From assembly GCA_041640715.1 (NCBI GenBank), contig JBEPZU010000001.1, positions 132,816 to 196,815 on the forward strand: 64,000 nt of DNA. The letters are read 5' to 3'. The stretch comes from Thermoproteota archaeon. Lineage in GTDB: Archaea > Thermoproteota > Thermoprotei > Gearchaeales > Gearchaeaceae. Below, piece by piece: positions 8,645 through 18,159 of the stretch. Position numbers and translations under genes: made by a program. The notes beneath the pieces were generated by a model. The model worked only from the letters and a program-made list of their open reading frames with translations, did no database searches and was not told the origin of the DNA. Positions within the stretch are counted from its first letter, which is position 1; each line of letters begins with the position of its first letter.

Positions 8645-9301
8645 ATTTTCTTCTTCGTTATATCTTTTATTTATTATTTCGAAAATCTTCTTCGCTTTTG
8701 CGTCTCCTATAATTTTAGCTAAATCTTTTTCGCTTGCCGTAAATATGTTCTTTATAGTTTTGAAGTTATTCAATAATTTTTCTGAACTCTTTGAACCGAT
8801 TCCGGGCAAACTTTGCACGATGTATAATTGCCATTGTCTTAAGTCCTTTAACTGTGGGGGTTTTCCTTTAACCAGAGGGTATTCGTAGTTTGTTCTTTTC
8901 TTCTTTTTTGCAATCAAAGCTATGATATCTGCTGTTTCTTCTTTTTTCAAAGAATAGAATATTTTTATATCGTAATCAAGAGAAGCCGATATCATGGCTC
9001 CTCTGAAAACATTTAAATTCTCTACGATCAAAGGTAGTTCTGTAAGATCTCCTTCTATTATTATGAGAGGAACCTCATAAGCCTCCTTTAATCTAATACA
9101 CTGATCGAATAATCTACCATCATAGATGGATTTGACGAAATCTCTTAGAGTTTTCCTTTCTATAGCTATAGTATCCGAGATGAGATAATCTGCAACAGGA
9201 AGTTGTCTAAATTTTATCGAAACTCCCCTCTTGACTAAGAGCTCTGGTATTTCAGAATTTCTTTCTCTTTCATCCACAATCACCAGAGGCTTTTCTTTCA
9301 T
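8612..9301 (-). CDS. xpf: XPF/ERCC4 structure-specific endonuclease, short crenarchaeal type (nuclease + HhH2)
   Basis: IVDERE, ADY...IERKT...DF...DGRLFDQ ERKxxxD motif, LPGIG HhH; no helicase domain. Confidence 0.92.
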   Translation of the reverse strand: MKEKPLVIVDERERNSEIPELLVKRGVSIKFRQLPVADYLISDTIAIERKTLRDFVKSIYDGRLFDQCIRLKEAYEVPLIIIEGDLTELPLIVENLNVFRGAMISASLDYDIKIFYSLKKEETADIIALIAKKKKRTNYEYPLVKGKPPQLKDLRQWQLYIVQSLPGIGSKSSEKLLNNFKTIKNIFTASEKDLAKIIGDAKAKKIFEIINKRYNEEENLSSFSREQKI

Positions 9302-9858
9302 TTTATATTCAAAAAGTTTGACAATAAACTAGAGCCGTATTCTGTATGGTCTACTTCGGGATGGAATAAGACTGCATATATTTTCTTTTCTTTATGTTTG
9401 ACGGCTTCAACGTAACCTTTTTCTGCAAAAGCCAATGCTATTAGCTCCTCAGGTATTTTGCTTATCGTATCATTATGACTCTCCCATGCTGTGAAAACAT
9501 TAGGGATCCCTTTGAATATCTCATCTTCTTCTTTCACTATTACCTTTTGAGGACCAAAAGAAGGAGAAGTGCTTGTCAATTCTCCGCCTAAAGCTAAGCA
9601 TATTGCTTGAAATCCAAGGCAAATGCCCAATATTGGTCCTTTAAATTTCTTGATCAAATTTTCGATTAGCCTAATTTCTTTACTTCCTTTCTTTAACCTA
9701 GAAGGACCTCCTCCTATGATTACAGCATCGAACTCATTTGCTCTATCGACATTTTCGAGAGGTAAGAGAGTAGCTTCATAGCCTAATTCTTTAACCCTTC
9801 GCAATATTAGATGATTATATTGACCGCGAGGCCCTAGTATAAGTATTCTCTTATTCAT
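9298..9858 (-). CDS. guaAA: GMP synthase glutamine amidotransferase subunit A
   Basis: GQYNHLI, GGGP, PILGICLGFQ, WESHND, FHPEV catalytic triad. Confidence 0.93.
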   Translation of the reverse strand: MNKRILILGPRGQYNHLILRRVKELGYEATLLPLENVDRANEFDAVIIGGGPSRLKKGSKEIRLIENLIKKFKGPILGICLGFQAICLALGGELTSTSPSFGPQKVIVKEEDEIFKGIPNVFTAWESHNDTISKIPEELIALAFAEKGYVEAVKHKEKKIYAVLFHPEVDHTEYGSSLLSNFLNIK

Positions 9859-11038
9859 ATTCTATCGTAGCAGGCGGCTTAGGGGTTATGTCATAGTAGA
9901 CTTGGGTTATTCTAGTGTCTTTCATTATTTCATTCACCAAATCTTCGAGAAGAGAGAGGTCTGGATCAGGTACGCTGGCAGTCATGAAATCTTTGGTTTG
10001 CACAGCTCTTATCACTACAGCATATTTACCTGCAGGTCTTGGTTCTGATACTAAAACTGCTATTCTTGTATAATTCTTCAAAAATTTGGGGAATGCTTTA
10101 ATTATTTCTTCCTTATTTTTCAACAAAATTTCCTTTTCTTTATGATATATGCCTAGCATCTTAGAATATTCTCTAGCATCGCCTTTAACACCCGTGACCT
10201 TCTCGTAAAATTCAAAATTCTTGAACCCCCTTCCTCCTATTCCTGTTATGTTTTTAACTTCTTTGATGAATTCTATTATTTCTTTAGATGTTATCATTCT
10301 AGGTTTCTTAAATATCGCTAAAAAGCTTTGCGAAGCATCAATTTTTTCGAGCAATCCTTCGCATGCAGCGCTTATGTTTTTAAGTGCTTTTAACTTCTCC
10401 ATTTCAACTTCTCCTACACATCTGATCAGTAACCCGGGTCCTGGAAAAGGTTGTCTATTTACAATTTCTTTGGGTATTCTAAAATAATCCGCTATTGCCC
10501 TTACTTGATCTTTATATAAGTTTGCTAGGGGTTCTAATAATTTGAAGCCATATTTTTCTTCAGTTTTTATTCCTATCTGAGTTAAAACGTTATGCTGGGT
10601 TTTAATATTGCCTACTGTTTCTATCCAATCCGGAGCGATGGTGCCTTGAATTAAGAATTCTGCACCGACTTCCTTAACGATTTTTGATAAGACTTGATAG
10701 AACACTTCCCTAAATATTTTCCTTTTTTCTTCAGCATCTTTTTTATTCATTAATTCTTTGTAAAAGATTTCAGAAGCATCATATACTTGAACTCCTAATC
10801 CTATTGTTTCAAGTAAAACTTTATTTTTTTCTATTTCTCCATCTCTCATGAAACCAGTATCTATCATATAAGCTTTGAGATTATCCCCAACTGCTAACCA
10901 TGCAAGATAGCTAGCGACTGTGCTATCCACACCGCCTGATACAGCAGCGACTATTTTCTTATTTTCAACAGTCTTTTTAATCGAGTTAACTAAATCTTCT
11001 ACGAAATCTTCAACCTTTCTTCCGTATATTTTCATCAC
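9851..11038 (-). CDS. guaAB: GMP synthase ATP-pyrophosphatase subunit B
   Basis: SGGVDS, QGTIAPDWIE, IKTQHNV, YKDQVR, PFPGPGL, YDITPKPPATIEYE. Confidence 0.95.
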   Translation of the reverse strand: MMKIYGRKVEDFVEDLVNSIKKTVENKKIVAAVSGGVDSTVASYLAWLAVGDNLKAYMIDTGFMRDGEIEKNKVLLETIGLGVQVYDASEIFYKELMNKKDAEEKRKIFREVFYQVLSKIVKEVGAEFLIQGTIAPDWIETVGNIKTQHNVLTQIGIKTEEKYGFKLLEPLANLYKDQVRAIADYFRIPKEIVNRQPFPGPGLLIRCVGEVEMEKLKALKNISAACEGLLEKIDASQSFLAIFKKPRMITSKEIIEFIKEVKNITGIGGRGFKNFEFYEKVTGVKGDAREYSKMLGIYHKEKEILLKNKEEIIKAFPKFLKNYTRIAVLVSEPRPAGKYAVVIRAVQTKDFMTASVPDPDLSLLEDLVNEIMKDTRITQVYYDITPKPPATIEYE

Positions 11039-11068
11039 TATCTTATTGGTAATATTTTTTTATCTTTA

Positions 11069-11965
11069 TCATAATAACGTTGTTATAATGGTTTCTTTTT
11101 CCCCTATCACTACTGTATGTTCTTCCTGTGCTACCATACCATTGGTTTCTTCTATGAGGACATTGTACCCTATAACCTCTCCTTTTTCGATTAGCGTCAT
11201 CAAAGCCTTTTTGATTTTATTCGTATCGATCTCTTTTTGATACCAACGAAGACAAAAGGGAAGTTGAAATCTCTCTTTCCAGATCCTAGCAAGAAATCTC
11301 TCTACTTCTTTATCTTTGTATTTGACTTGTTTTTTTAAAGAAAATATTCTGATGTCTGCAGAATCATAGACATATCCTTTACCGTTTGTTAGGAAAGGTT
11401 CAACAGCGTAAACTTCAAAGGGTTTTATCACGACCTCATAGCCGTCATCATAATTTGGTATGCTCTTTCCAGCATGTAAAAGGTTTCTTTTGATCAAATG
11501 ACCGGCTAAATTCTTTACCGGGTTAAAACCATGAAGCTTTGCAACGCTCTCTATTATTTTGCCCACTTTATTAGTTGTAATCCCAGCTTTCATGTTATCT
11601 ATCGCGTTTTTTAAGGCTTTCTTCGTGGCATCAACGAGCGCGTTATATTTATCATCGAAGGAAATCGTTGTTGCGGCATCTGCGATGTATCCTTTTATAT
11701 GCACCCCTACGTCTAATTTAGCTATTGATTTGTTTGGAATAACACGTTCTTCGTTTTCTTCCGCAGTATCATGTGCTGCGACATTGTTTATTGAAATGTT
11801 ACAAGGAAAAGCCAAAGAACCTCCCTCGTTTAATATGAAGTTCTCTATTTTTTCACAAAGCTCTTTCAGGGATATTCCTACATGGATTTTATCCCTGGCG
11901 AATTCCAAAGCTTTTGCAGCTATCTTTCCTGCTTTTATATAAAGCTCTAATTCTTCTTCTGTCAT
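11069..11965 (-). CDS. map: Methionine aminopeptidase type II
   Basis: AFPCNISIN.AAHDT, KLDVGVHIKGYIAD, NLAGH...LHAG, AVEPF, AQEEHT. Confidence 0.95.
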   Translation of the reverse strand: MTEEELELYIKAGKIAAKALEFARDKIHVGISLKELCEKIENFILNEGGSLAFPCNISINNVAAHDTAEENEERVIPNKSIAKLDVGVHIKGYIADAATTISFDDKYNALVDATKKALKNAIDNMKAGITTNKVGKIIESVAKLHGFNPVKNLAGHLIKRNLLHAGKSIPNYDDGYEVVIKPFEVYAVEPFLTNGKGYVYDSADIRIFSLKKQVKYKDKEVERFLARIWKERFQLPFCLRWYQKEIDTNKIKKALMTLIEKGEVIGYNVLIEETNGMVAQEEHTVVIGEKETIITTLL

Positions 11966-12007
11966 TGATTAAATGTTTTTAAAGAGTAACTATTATTTCT
12001 TATTCAC

Positions 12008-12598
12008 ATGGAAGTTGAGATCTTGAAGAAAGATGATATAACAATTGAGCTTAATGTTAGTGATGTTTCTCCACAGTTCATGAATTTGCTTAGAAGATGC
12101 TTAATAACACGCGTTCCTATCCTAGCTATAGACGATTTAATAATTATAGAAAATTCGTCAGTAATGTATGATGAAATGTTAGCTCATAGAGTAGGCCTAA
12201 TCCCTTTAAAAACTGATATTCTTTCTCTAAAAGAAGATACAATAGCCTATTTTAGGTGTGAAGTCTCGGCTGAGGAAGGCGATAGAATCGTATACTCCAA
12301 AGACTTGATATCCTCAGATCCCAACGTCGTTCCTGCTTATGATAATATTCCCATCGTCAAACTAGCTAAAGGTCAAAAGGTACATTTTGAAGCTATAGCT
12401 AGAGTGAAAGAAGGATATGTTCATGCAAGATTTCAACCTGTCTCTGCTTGTGCTTATAAGCAGCTAGAAGATGGAAAGAGCTTTATATTCAAATTCGATT
12501 CGACTGGTGTAAGTGAACCAGAGAAGATATTGATGAAGGGGATAGAAGTAATATTGAAAACCTACGATGAAATGTTGAAAATCTTTGAAAAAATTTGA
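12008..12598 (+). CDS. rpoD: RNA polymerase subunit D (Rpo3), lacking the Fe-S domain
   Basis: NLLRR...VPILAID, ENSSVMYDEMLAHRVGLIPL, IPIVKLAKGQ, HARFQPV. Confidence 0.93.
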   Translation: MEVEILKKDDITIELNVSDVSPQFMNLLRRCLITRVPILAIDDLIIIENSSVMYDEMLAHRVGLIPLKTDILSLKEDTIAYFRCEVSAEEGDRIVYSKDLISSDPNVVPAYDNIPIVKLAKGQKVHFEAIARVKEGYVHARFQPVSACAYKQLEDGKSFIFKFDSTGVSEPEKILMKGIEVILKTYDEMLKIFEKI

Positions 12599-12601
12599 AG
12601 C

Positions 12602-12967
12602 ATGACTAAAGTAACAGGCCCTACGAATCCATTGCTTAGAAAGGAAATAAGATTTTTATACAAGAGCTATAAGACTAACGGAGCACCCATATGGAAGTAT
12701 GTGGCTGAGAAACTTTCTACTAGAAAAAGGGCTAGGTGTGTTGTAAACATATTGAAATTGAATAAAATGACCTCAGCTAATGACTTGGTTGTGGTCCCTG
12801 GTAAAGTACTTGGTTTTGGGTATATAGAGCATCCGATAATAGTAGCTGCGTATGCCTTTTCAAAAAGTGCCAAAGAGAAAATAGAAAAGAAAGGCGGTAA
12901 ATGTTTGTCTTATAGGGAAATGATAGAACTCAATCCTAAAGGTACCAATATAAAAGTAATAACATGA
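12602..12967 (+). CDS. rpl18e: 50S ribosomal protein eL18 (L18e)
   Basis: TNPLL, APIWK.VAEKL, VVVPGKVLG.G, FSKSAKEKI. Confidence 0.95.
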   Translation: MTKVTGPTNPLLRKEIRFLYKSYKTNGAPIWKYVAEKLSTRKRARCVVNILKLNKMTSANDLVVVPGKVLGFGYIEHPIIVAAYAFSKSAKEKIEKKGGKCLSYREMIELNPKGTNIKVIT

Positions 12968-13404
12968 ATCCTGAAACATTATACATAGACGCAAGTGAGC
13001 AGATTGTTGGTAGACTAGCTTCTCATATAGCAAAACTACTCTTGAACGGTTATTCTGTAGTTGTTTTTAATGCGGAAAAAGCGGTCATTTCGGGCGATAA
13101 GAATATGATAGTAGAGAAATTTAAGCAAAGATATTCGAGGAGGACTTTGAAAAATCCTGAGAAATTAGGTCATAGAGAACCACGCACGCCTCATGGGATT
13201 TTACGTAGAGCAATAAGAGGCATGCTACCTTATAAAAAAGCTAGAGGTAAGGAAGCTTATAAAAGGCTTAGGGTTTATTCAGGGCCTATAGAAATTTCTC
13301 AAGGGGCTAAATTAGTTAACTTTAATGACACTGATGCTTCAAGGCTTAAACATGGCTATGTTTATTTAGGTGAAATCGCTAAAATGTTTGGTTGGAAAGG
13401 CTGA
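12964..13404 (+). CDS. rpl13: 50S ribosomal protein uL13
   Basis: IDA...VGRLAS, NAEKAVISG, RRAIRGMLPYK. Confidence 0.95.
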   Translation: MNPETLYIDASEQIVGRLASHIAKLLLNGYSVVVFNAEKAVISGDKNMIVEKFKQRYSRRTLKNPEKLGHREPRTPHGILRRAIRGMLPYKKARGKEAYKRLRVYSGPIEISQGAKLVNFNDTDASRLKHGYVYLGEIAKMFGWKG

Positions 13405-13811
13405 TGCCTCAAATAGTATTAGCTACGGGAAAGAGGAAAACAGCTGTAGCAAGAGCCACTGTTAAGTATCCAGGAAAGGGTAGAGTATTGATAAACAAAA
13501 TCCCTTTGGAGCTCATTCAACCTTGGTTGGTAAAAAACATCATAGAAGAACCGTTTTTATTTTTACCAGAAAATTTAAGGTCTTCGATAGATGTAACAGT
13601 AAACGTAAAAGGCGGAGGTATTATGGGACAAGCCCAAGCTACTAGAATGGCTATCGCAAGAGCACTTTTAAGTTTGACGGGATCTGAAGAATTGAAAAAA
13701 ATGTATCTCCAATACAATCCCTTTATGATAAAAGGAGATCCCAGGCAAGTTGAGCCAAAGAAACCAAGGGGCAAAAAAGCAAGAGCTAAAAGGCAGAAAT
13801 CTTATAGATAG
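13404..13811 (+). CDS. rps9: 30S ribosomal protein uS9
   Basis: GKRKTAVARA, GGGIMGQAQA, DPRQVEPKK, QKSYR; start moved to ATG 13404 overlapping the uL13 stop. Confidence 0.95.
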   Translation: MPQIVLATGKRKTAVARATVKYPGKGRVLINKIPLELIQPWLVKNIIEEPFLFLPENLRSSIDVTVNVKGGGIMGQAQATRMAIARALLSLTGSEELKKMYLQYNPFMIKGDPRQVEPKKPRGKKARAKRQKSYR

Positions 13812-13813
13812 TT

Positions 13814-14101
13814 ATGCTAATACCAGTGAGATGTTTTACTTGTGGTTATCCTATAGCTAGATTTTGGGACGAATATAAGGAAAAGGTTAATAAGGGCGAA
13901 AATCCTGAAGAAGTTTTAAATAGTTTAAAAATTAAAAGGTATTGCTGTAGAAGAATGTTTCTATCTACTTTTGAATACATAGATGATTTCTTGATGTATA
14001 CAAAAGCGCAGGAAGAGTCCGATAAAAAAGAGCTAGAGAGCGGGTTAGAAGAAGATTTCGTGAAGAAAACAGGTAGAGGAAGGAGGCGAAAGGGGTATTA
14101 G
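13814..14101 (+). CDS. rpoN: RNA polymerase subunit N (Rpo10) with charged C-terminal extension
   Basis: MLIPVRCFTCG, RYCCRRM. Confidence 0.95.
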   Translation: MLIPVRCFTCGYPIARFWDEYKEKVNKGENPEEVLNSLKIKRYCCRRMFLSTFEYIDDFLMYTKAQEESDKKELESGLEEDFVKKTGRGRRRKGY

Positions 14102-15359
14102 TTCAGTAATAAAGGACATAAAGCTCAGAGTTATTTTCGATAGCAGAGGAGATAAGACAGTAGAAGCAGAGGTCATCACTGATTCAGCAAAAGGCATAGC
14201 TTCATCTCCAGCAGGAGCAAGTAAGAGCTCTTATGAAGTATTTAACTTACCTAACAGAAACTTAGAAGAGGCCATAAAGGAATTCAATGATAAAGTTAAG
14301 GAAAAACTCATTGGTTTAGATTCCTTTAAACAAGGATTCGTGGATTCAATATTATTGGAAAGCGATAATACTAGGCTTGAAAGATTTGGAGCAGCTATAA
14401 TCCTTTCTGTATCTATAGCTAACCTTAAAGCTGCTGCTTTATCAGCTAAAAAGAAATTATTTGAAATGATCAACCCAAAAACAAATTATTCTCTACCATT
14501 ACCGTTAGGAAATGTACTAGGAGGTGGTAAACATGCAAGAGGAAGATCTATCGATATACAAGAGGTACTAGTATTTTGCAAAGATGCCGCTGATATATAT
14601 GAGGCTATCGAGCTTAACATAGCTTTGCATAGAAAGCTTTTTAAGCTTTTATCTATAAACGACCCCAGTTTTGCAGGAGGTAAGAATGATGAAGGTGCCT
14701 TAGTAACTAGAATTGGTATGAAGAAAGCTCTTTCTCTTGTAAAACAGGCTTCTAAGGAAATAAAAGAAGAAAAAGGCAAGGAAATCGCCATAGGTTTAGA
14801 TGTTGCGGCTTCTTCTCTGTGGGACGGTAAAAAATATAATTATTCACATGAAAATTTTTCTTTGAGCGAAAGGGAGCAACTAGATTTCGTTTCAAGTCTA
14901 ATAGAAGATTTCGGAGTATTTTACTTAGAGGATCCATTTAATGAAGATTCATTTGATTATTTCGCCGAACTTAATCAAAAATATAGTGATGTACTAATAG
15001 TTGGCGATGACCTTTATGCTTCTAATTCAGAAAGACTTAAGCTTGGCATTGAGAAGAAAGCTACAGATGCAATAATAATAAAGCCAAATCAAGTGGGTAC
15101 TGTTACTGGGATCCTTAAAACTGTGAAGACTGCCTTAGAGAATGGGATTGAAATCATAGTGTCTCATAGATCTGGAGAGACAGAAGAAACCTTTATATCT
15201 CATTTGGCAGTAGCTTATGATGCTCCTTTAATAAAAAGTGGTACCATAGGCGGTGAGAGGATATCAAAGCTAAACGAGTTAATAAGAATATCAGAATATT
15301 TAGGCGAAAGGTCTTACTTATCCAATAAATTTAAATTAAAAGCTAAAGAAGAAAATTAA
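14097..15359 (+). CDS. eno: Enolase (true N-terminus lies upstream of the ORF-track start)
   Basis: In-frame upstream extension ISSVIKDIKLRVIFDSRGDKTVEAEV...SPAGAS; GGGKHA, DEGA, DVAASS, EDPF, VGDDL, IKPNQ, SHRSGET; start codon uncertain (ATT 14097). Confidence 0.9.
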   Translation: MSSVIKDIKLRVIFDSRGDKTVEAEVITDSAKGIASSPAGASKSSYEVFNLPNRNLEEAIKEFNDKVKEKLIGLDSFKQGFVDSILLESDNTRLERFGAAIILSVSIANLKAAALSAKKKLFEMINPKTNYSLPLPLGNVLGGGKHARGRSIDIQEVLVFCKDAADIYEAIELNIALHRKLFKLLSINDPSFAGGKNDEGALVTRIGMKKALSLVKQASKEIKEEKGKEIAIGLDVAASSLWDGKKYNYSHENFSLSEREQLDFVSSLIEDFGVFYLEDPFNEDSFDYFAELNQKYSDVLIVGDDLYASNSERLKLGIEKKATDAIIIKPNQVGTVTGILKTVKTALENGIEIIVSHRSGETEETFISHLAVAYDAPLIKSGTIGGERISKLNELIRISEYLGERSYLSNKFKLKAKEEN

Positions 15360-15362
15360 TAT

Positions 15363-15986
15363 ATGGCTGATTCAAAGGAAGAACAATTACTTCTGGCTCC
15401 TGCTGAGCTATATATAGAAGCTGCTTTGAATATGGGTACTAAGTTCAAGTCTAAGTATATGAAGAACTTTATCTATAAGACTAGACCTGAGGGAATTCAC
15501 GTAATAGATGTTAGAAGCATAGATGAGCGAATAAGAATTGCTGCAAAATTCATTTCCTATTACGAAGGAGAAAGAATTTTAGTGATAGCTTCAAGACCTT
15601 ATGCAATTAAACCTTCAACGATGTTCGCTAAGCTAATAGGGGCAAACATAATGACTGAGCGCTTTTTGCCAGGCACTTTGACGAATCCAAGCTTAGATTT
15701 CTATAAAGAAGTTGAATTGCTATTCCTTAATGATCCCTATCAAGATTCCCAAGCTTTAGAAGAAGCAACTATAGTAGGAATACCTGTAGTAGCACTGTGC
15801 GACACAGAGCATTCATGTGCTAACGTAGATCTAGTAATACCTTGCAATAATAAAGGAAGGAGAGCATTAGCTACCATTTACTGGTTATTGGCTAGACAAG
15901 TACTTAGAGAAAAAGGATTATTGAGATCTTCGGATCAATTTAACTATACTATTGATGACTTTGAAACTGAAATAGTTGAAGCTTAG
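15363..15986 (+). CDS. rps2: 30S ribosomal protein uS2
   Basis: GTKFK, RFLPGTLTNP, IPVVALCDT, IPCNNKGRRALA. Confidence 0.95.
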   Translation: MADSKEEQLLLAPAELYIEAALNMGTKFKSKYMKNFIYKTRPEGIHVIDVRSIDERIRIAAKFISYYEGERILVIASRPYAIKPSTMFAKLIGANIMTERFLPGTLTNPSLDFYKEVELLFLNDPYQDSQALEEATIVGIPVVALCDTEHSCANVDLVIPCNNKGRRALATIYWLLARQVLREKGLLRSSDQFNYTIDDFETEIVEA

Positions 15987-16279
15987 CTAACAATTTCTTT
16001 TTCGCTAGCCCTTCTTTTAACAGCTCTATCAAAGACGATCCAGTTATTATACCATTCTTCGTTTTCTTTCTTCAATAAACTCAAGGCTTCTTTCATCAAT
16101 TCTTTCGTAGTTATCTTATCTACGTTTTTTTCTAGTATTTTACTTAGGACTATCAAGGTAATTTTTCTAGCAACATCTACGCTTGCACCTGCTTTAAGTA
16201 AGCTTACGGTGATTTTTTCAGGGATTAATTCTTCTTCGCTTCCATCTCTTTTTATAACTTTAACCTTTAATTCATACAT
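15983..16279 (-). CDS. Stand-alone ATP-cone domain protein
   Basis: VIKRDGSEEEL.PEKI, ITTKEL. Confidence 0.8.
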   Translation of the reverse strand: MYELKVKVIKRDGSEEELIPEKITVSLLKAGASVDVARKITLIVLSKILEKNVDKITTKELMKEALSLLKKENEEWYNNWIVFDRAVKRRASEKEIVS

Positions 16280-16308
16280 ACATAATTAACGCCTTAAAGA
16301 TTTATATA

Positions 16309-17154
16309 ATGATGTTAAGGAAACCTGCTGTAGCTGGGTATTTCTACGAAAAGGATAGGGACTTTCTGATCAGCCAAATAGAAAAATGCTTTAAGCATGA
16401 ATATGGACCAGGTCCTATAACAGAATTCTCCACTTCTAGCGAAATCAAATTCCCTGCTTTCATCGTACCTCATGCGGGCTATATGTACAGCGGACCAGTA
16501 GCGGCTTATGCTTATAAGCTCTTAGCCGAAAGCGAAAAACCTAGTAACGTGATAATATTAGGTCCAAATCACACAGGTTATGGAGGGTTAGTATCAATTT
16601 TCAGCGAAGGTGGATGGGAAACTCCTTTGGGGGTGGTGAGGATAAACAAGGAGTTAGCTAGTAAAATATTGAAAAGATATAAATTAGCTAGCGCAGAGCC
16701 TTATGCTCATTTATATGAACATTCTATTGAAGTTCAACTTCCTTTTCTTCAATACATATTTAAAGATTTTGAGTTCGTCCCAATATGCATAATGCTACAA
16801 ACACTTGAAGTTGCTAGAGATTTGGCGAAAACTTTGTATGAAATTTTAAAAGGAGAAAGCGCAGTGGTTTTAGCCTCTACGGATCTTAATCACTATGAAA
16901 ATAATGAAATAACTTATAAGAAAGATTCCCTTGTGATCGATAAGATTTCTAAGTTGGATCCTGAAGGGCTTTTTGAGGTGATAGAAAAAAATGGAATATC
17001 GATGTGTGGTCCTTGTCCTACAGCTACAGTACTTTATTACTGTAAATTAATCGATGCAAAAAAAGTTATGATACTTAAACATGCAACTTCAGGAGATATT
17101 GAAGGCAATAAATCTAGTGTAGTAGGTTATTTAGCAGCAGCCTTTAAATTTTAA
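16309..17154 (+). CDS. MEMO1 family protein (AmmeMemoRadiSam protein B)
   Basis: RKPAVAGYFY, PHAGYMYSG, GPNHTG, EHSIEVQLPFLQ, ASTDLNHY, SMCG, VVGY. Confidence 0.93.
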   Translation: MMLRKPAVAGYFYEKDRDFLISQIEKCFKHEYGPGPITEFSTSSEIKFPAFIVPHAGYMYSGPVAAYAYKLLAESEKPSNVIILGPNHTGYGGLVSIFSEGGWETPLGVVRINKELASKILKRYKLASAEPYAHLYEHSIEVQLPFLQYIFKDFEFVPICIMLQTLEVARDLAKTLYEILKGESAVVLASTDLNHYENNEITYKKDSLVIDKISKLDPEGLFEVIEKNGISMCGPCPTATVLYYCKLIDAKKVMILKHATSGDIEGNKSSVVGYLAAAFKF

Positions 17155-17159
17155 ATTTC

Positions 17160-18131
17160 TTAAAAAGCCCTGACGCCTTCTTTTACTATTGAAACCTTAA
17201 AGACTTTTTTAGCTTTTTTCTCCAAAGCTTTTTTTATCTCATCTGAATGTTCTTTATCCGTTAATGCAAACATCACACCTCCCTTGCCTGCACCTGTTAG
17301 TTTTGCTCCATATGCTCCTTTCTTCCTTGCAATGTTAACCAATAAATCCAATTTGTAAGTTGAAAGTCCTAATGCAGATAATAGCTCATGATTTATGTTT
17401 ATTAATCGGCCCGCATTAACTAAGTCCTCTTTACTTAGATAATCAGCGATCTTCTTTGACAATGCTCCTCCTGCCATATAAATAGGATTGATAATTTCTG
17501 GTAATTCTCTTTTTAAATTTAAGACTTCTTCTACGATTTTTCCTGTCTGCATTCTCTTGCCTGTATAAGCGATTATGAATACCGCTTTTTCGCTTTTATT
17601 AACCATTATTGGCTTCTCTCCTTTCCTATATAACATCATTCCTCCGAAGGTGCTGATTGTAACATCCACGCCTGAAGGATTCTTATGAACCAATCTTTCA
17701 GCTTCGAAGGCTGCTTTCCATACGATGTCTTTATTAACCTCATATCCTAGCTCTTTCATAACAGCTGCAGCTGTGGCTACTGCTACGGCTGCTGAAGATC
17801 CTAAGCCCGCTGAAGGAGGGATGTTCGATTCTATATTAATATGCAAGCCTGTATTCGTATTCAACATTTCAAAGGTTTTTTTAACAGTCCTAAGTATAGG
17901 TCTAAGTATTCTCTTTGTTTTCTCTTTCCCGGTGTAATCTATTATTCTTTCGTTCAGTGTGCTCTTTATTACATATTTTCCGCTTTCAATTCTTATTGCA
18001 TTTTCATGGCTTTCTTCAACTCTTACTTCGGCGAATAAATTTATGGCGGCTGCTAGAGAATATTCCCCTGCAACTACAAAATGTTCTCCTGCTATGATTA
18101 TCTTTGATGGTGCTATTGCTTTTGCCACCAA
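17160..18131 (-). CDS. mvk: Mevalonate kinase (GHMP family)
   Basis: PSKIIIAGEHFVV, PPSAGLGSSAA, HKNPSGVD, GAKLTGAGKGG. Confidence 0.92.
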   Translation of the reverse strand: MVAKAIAPSKIIIAGEHFVVAGEYSLAAAINLFAEVRVEESHENAIRIESGKYVIKSTLNERIIDYTGKEKTKRILRPILRTVKKTFEMLNTNTGLHINIESNIPPSAGLGSSAAVAVATAAAVMKELGYEVNKDIVWKAAFEAERLVHKNPSGVDVTISTFGGMMLYRKGEKPIMVNKSEKAVFIIAYTGKRMQTGKIVEEVLNLKRELPEIINPIYMAGGALSKKIADYLSKEDLVNAGRLININHELLSALGLSTYKLDLLVNIARKKGAYGAKLTGAGKGGVMFALTDKEHSDEIKKALEKKAKKVFKVSIVKEGVRAF

Positions 18132-18159
18132 TTGATATAGTTTTTTAAAGGTTAAATCG

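Noticed and set aside
14340-15359. Enolase as a 339-aa N-truncated protein or pseudogene, as given by the ORF track
   Set aside because: The missing N-terminal domain is present in frame upstream, and catalytic motifs are intact
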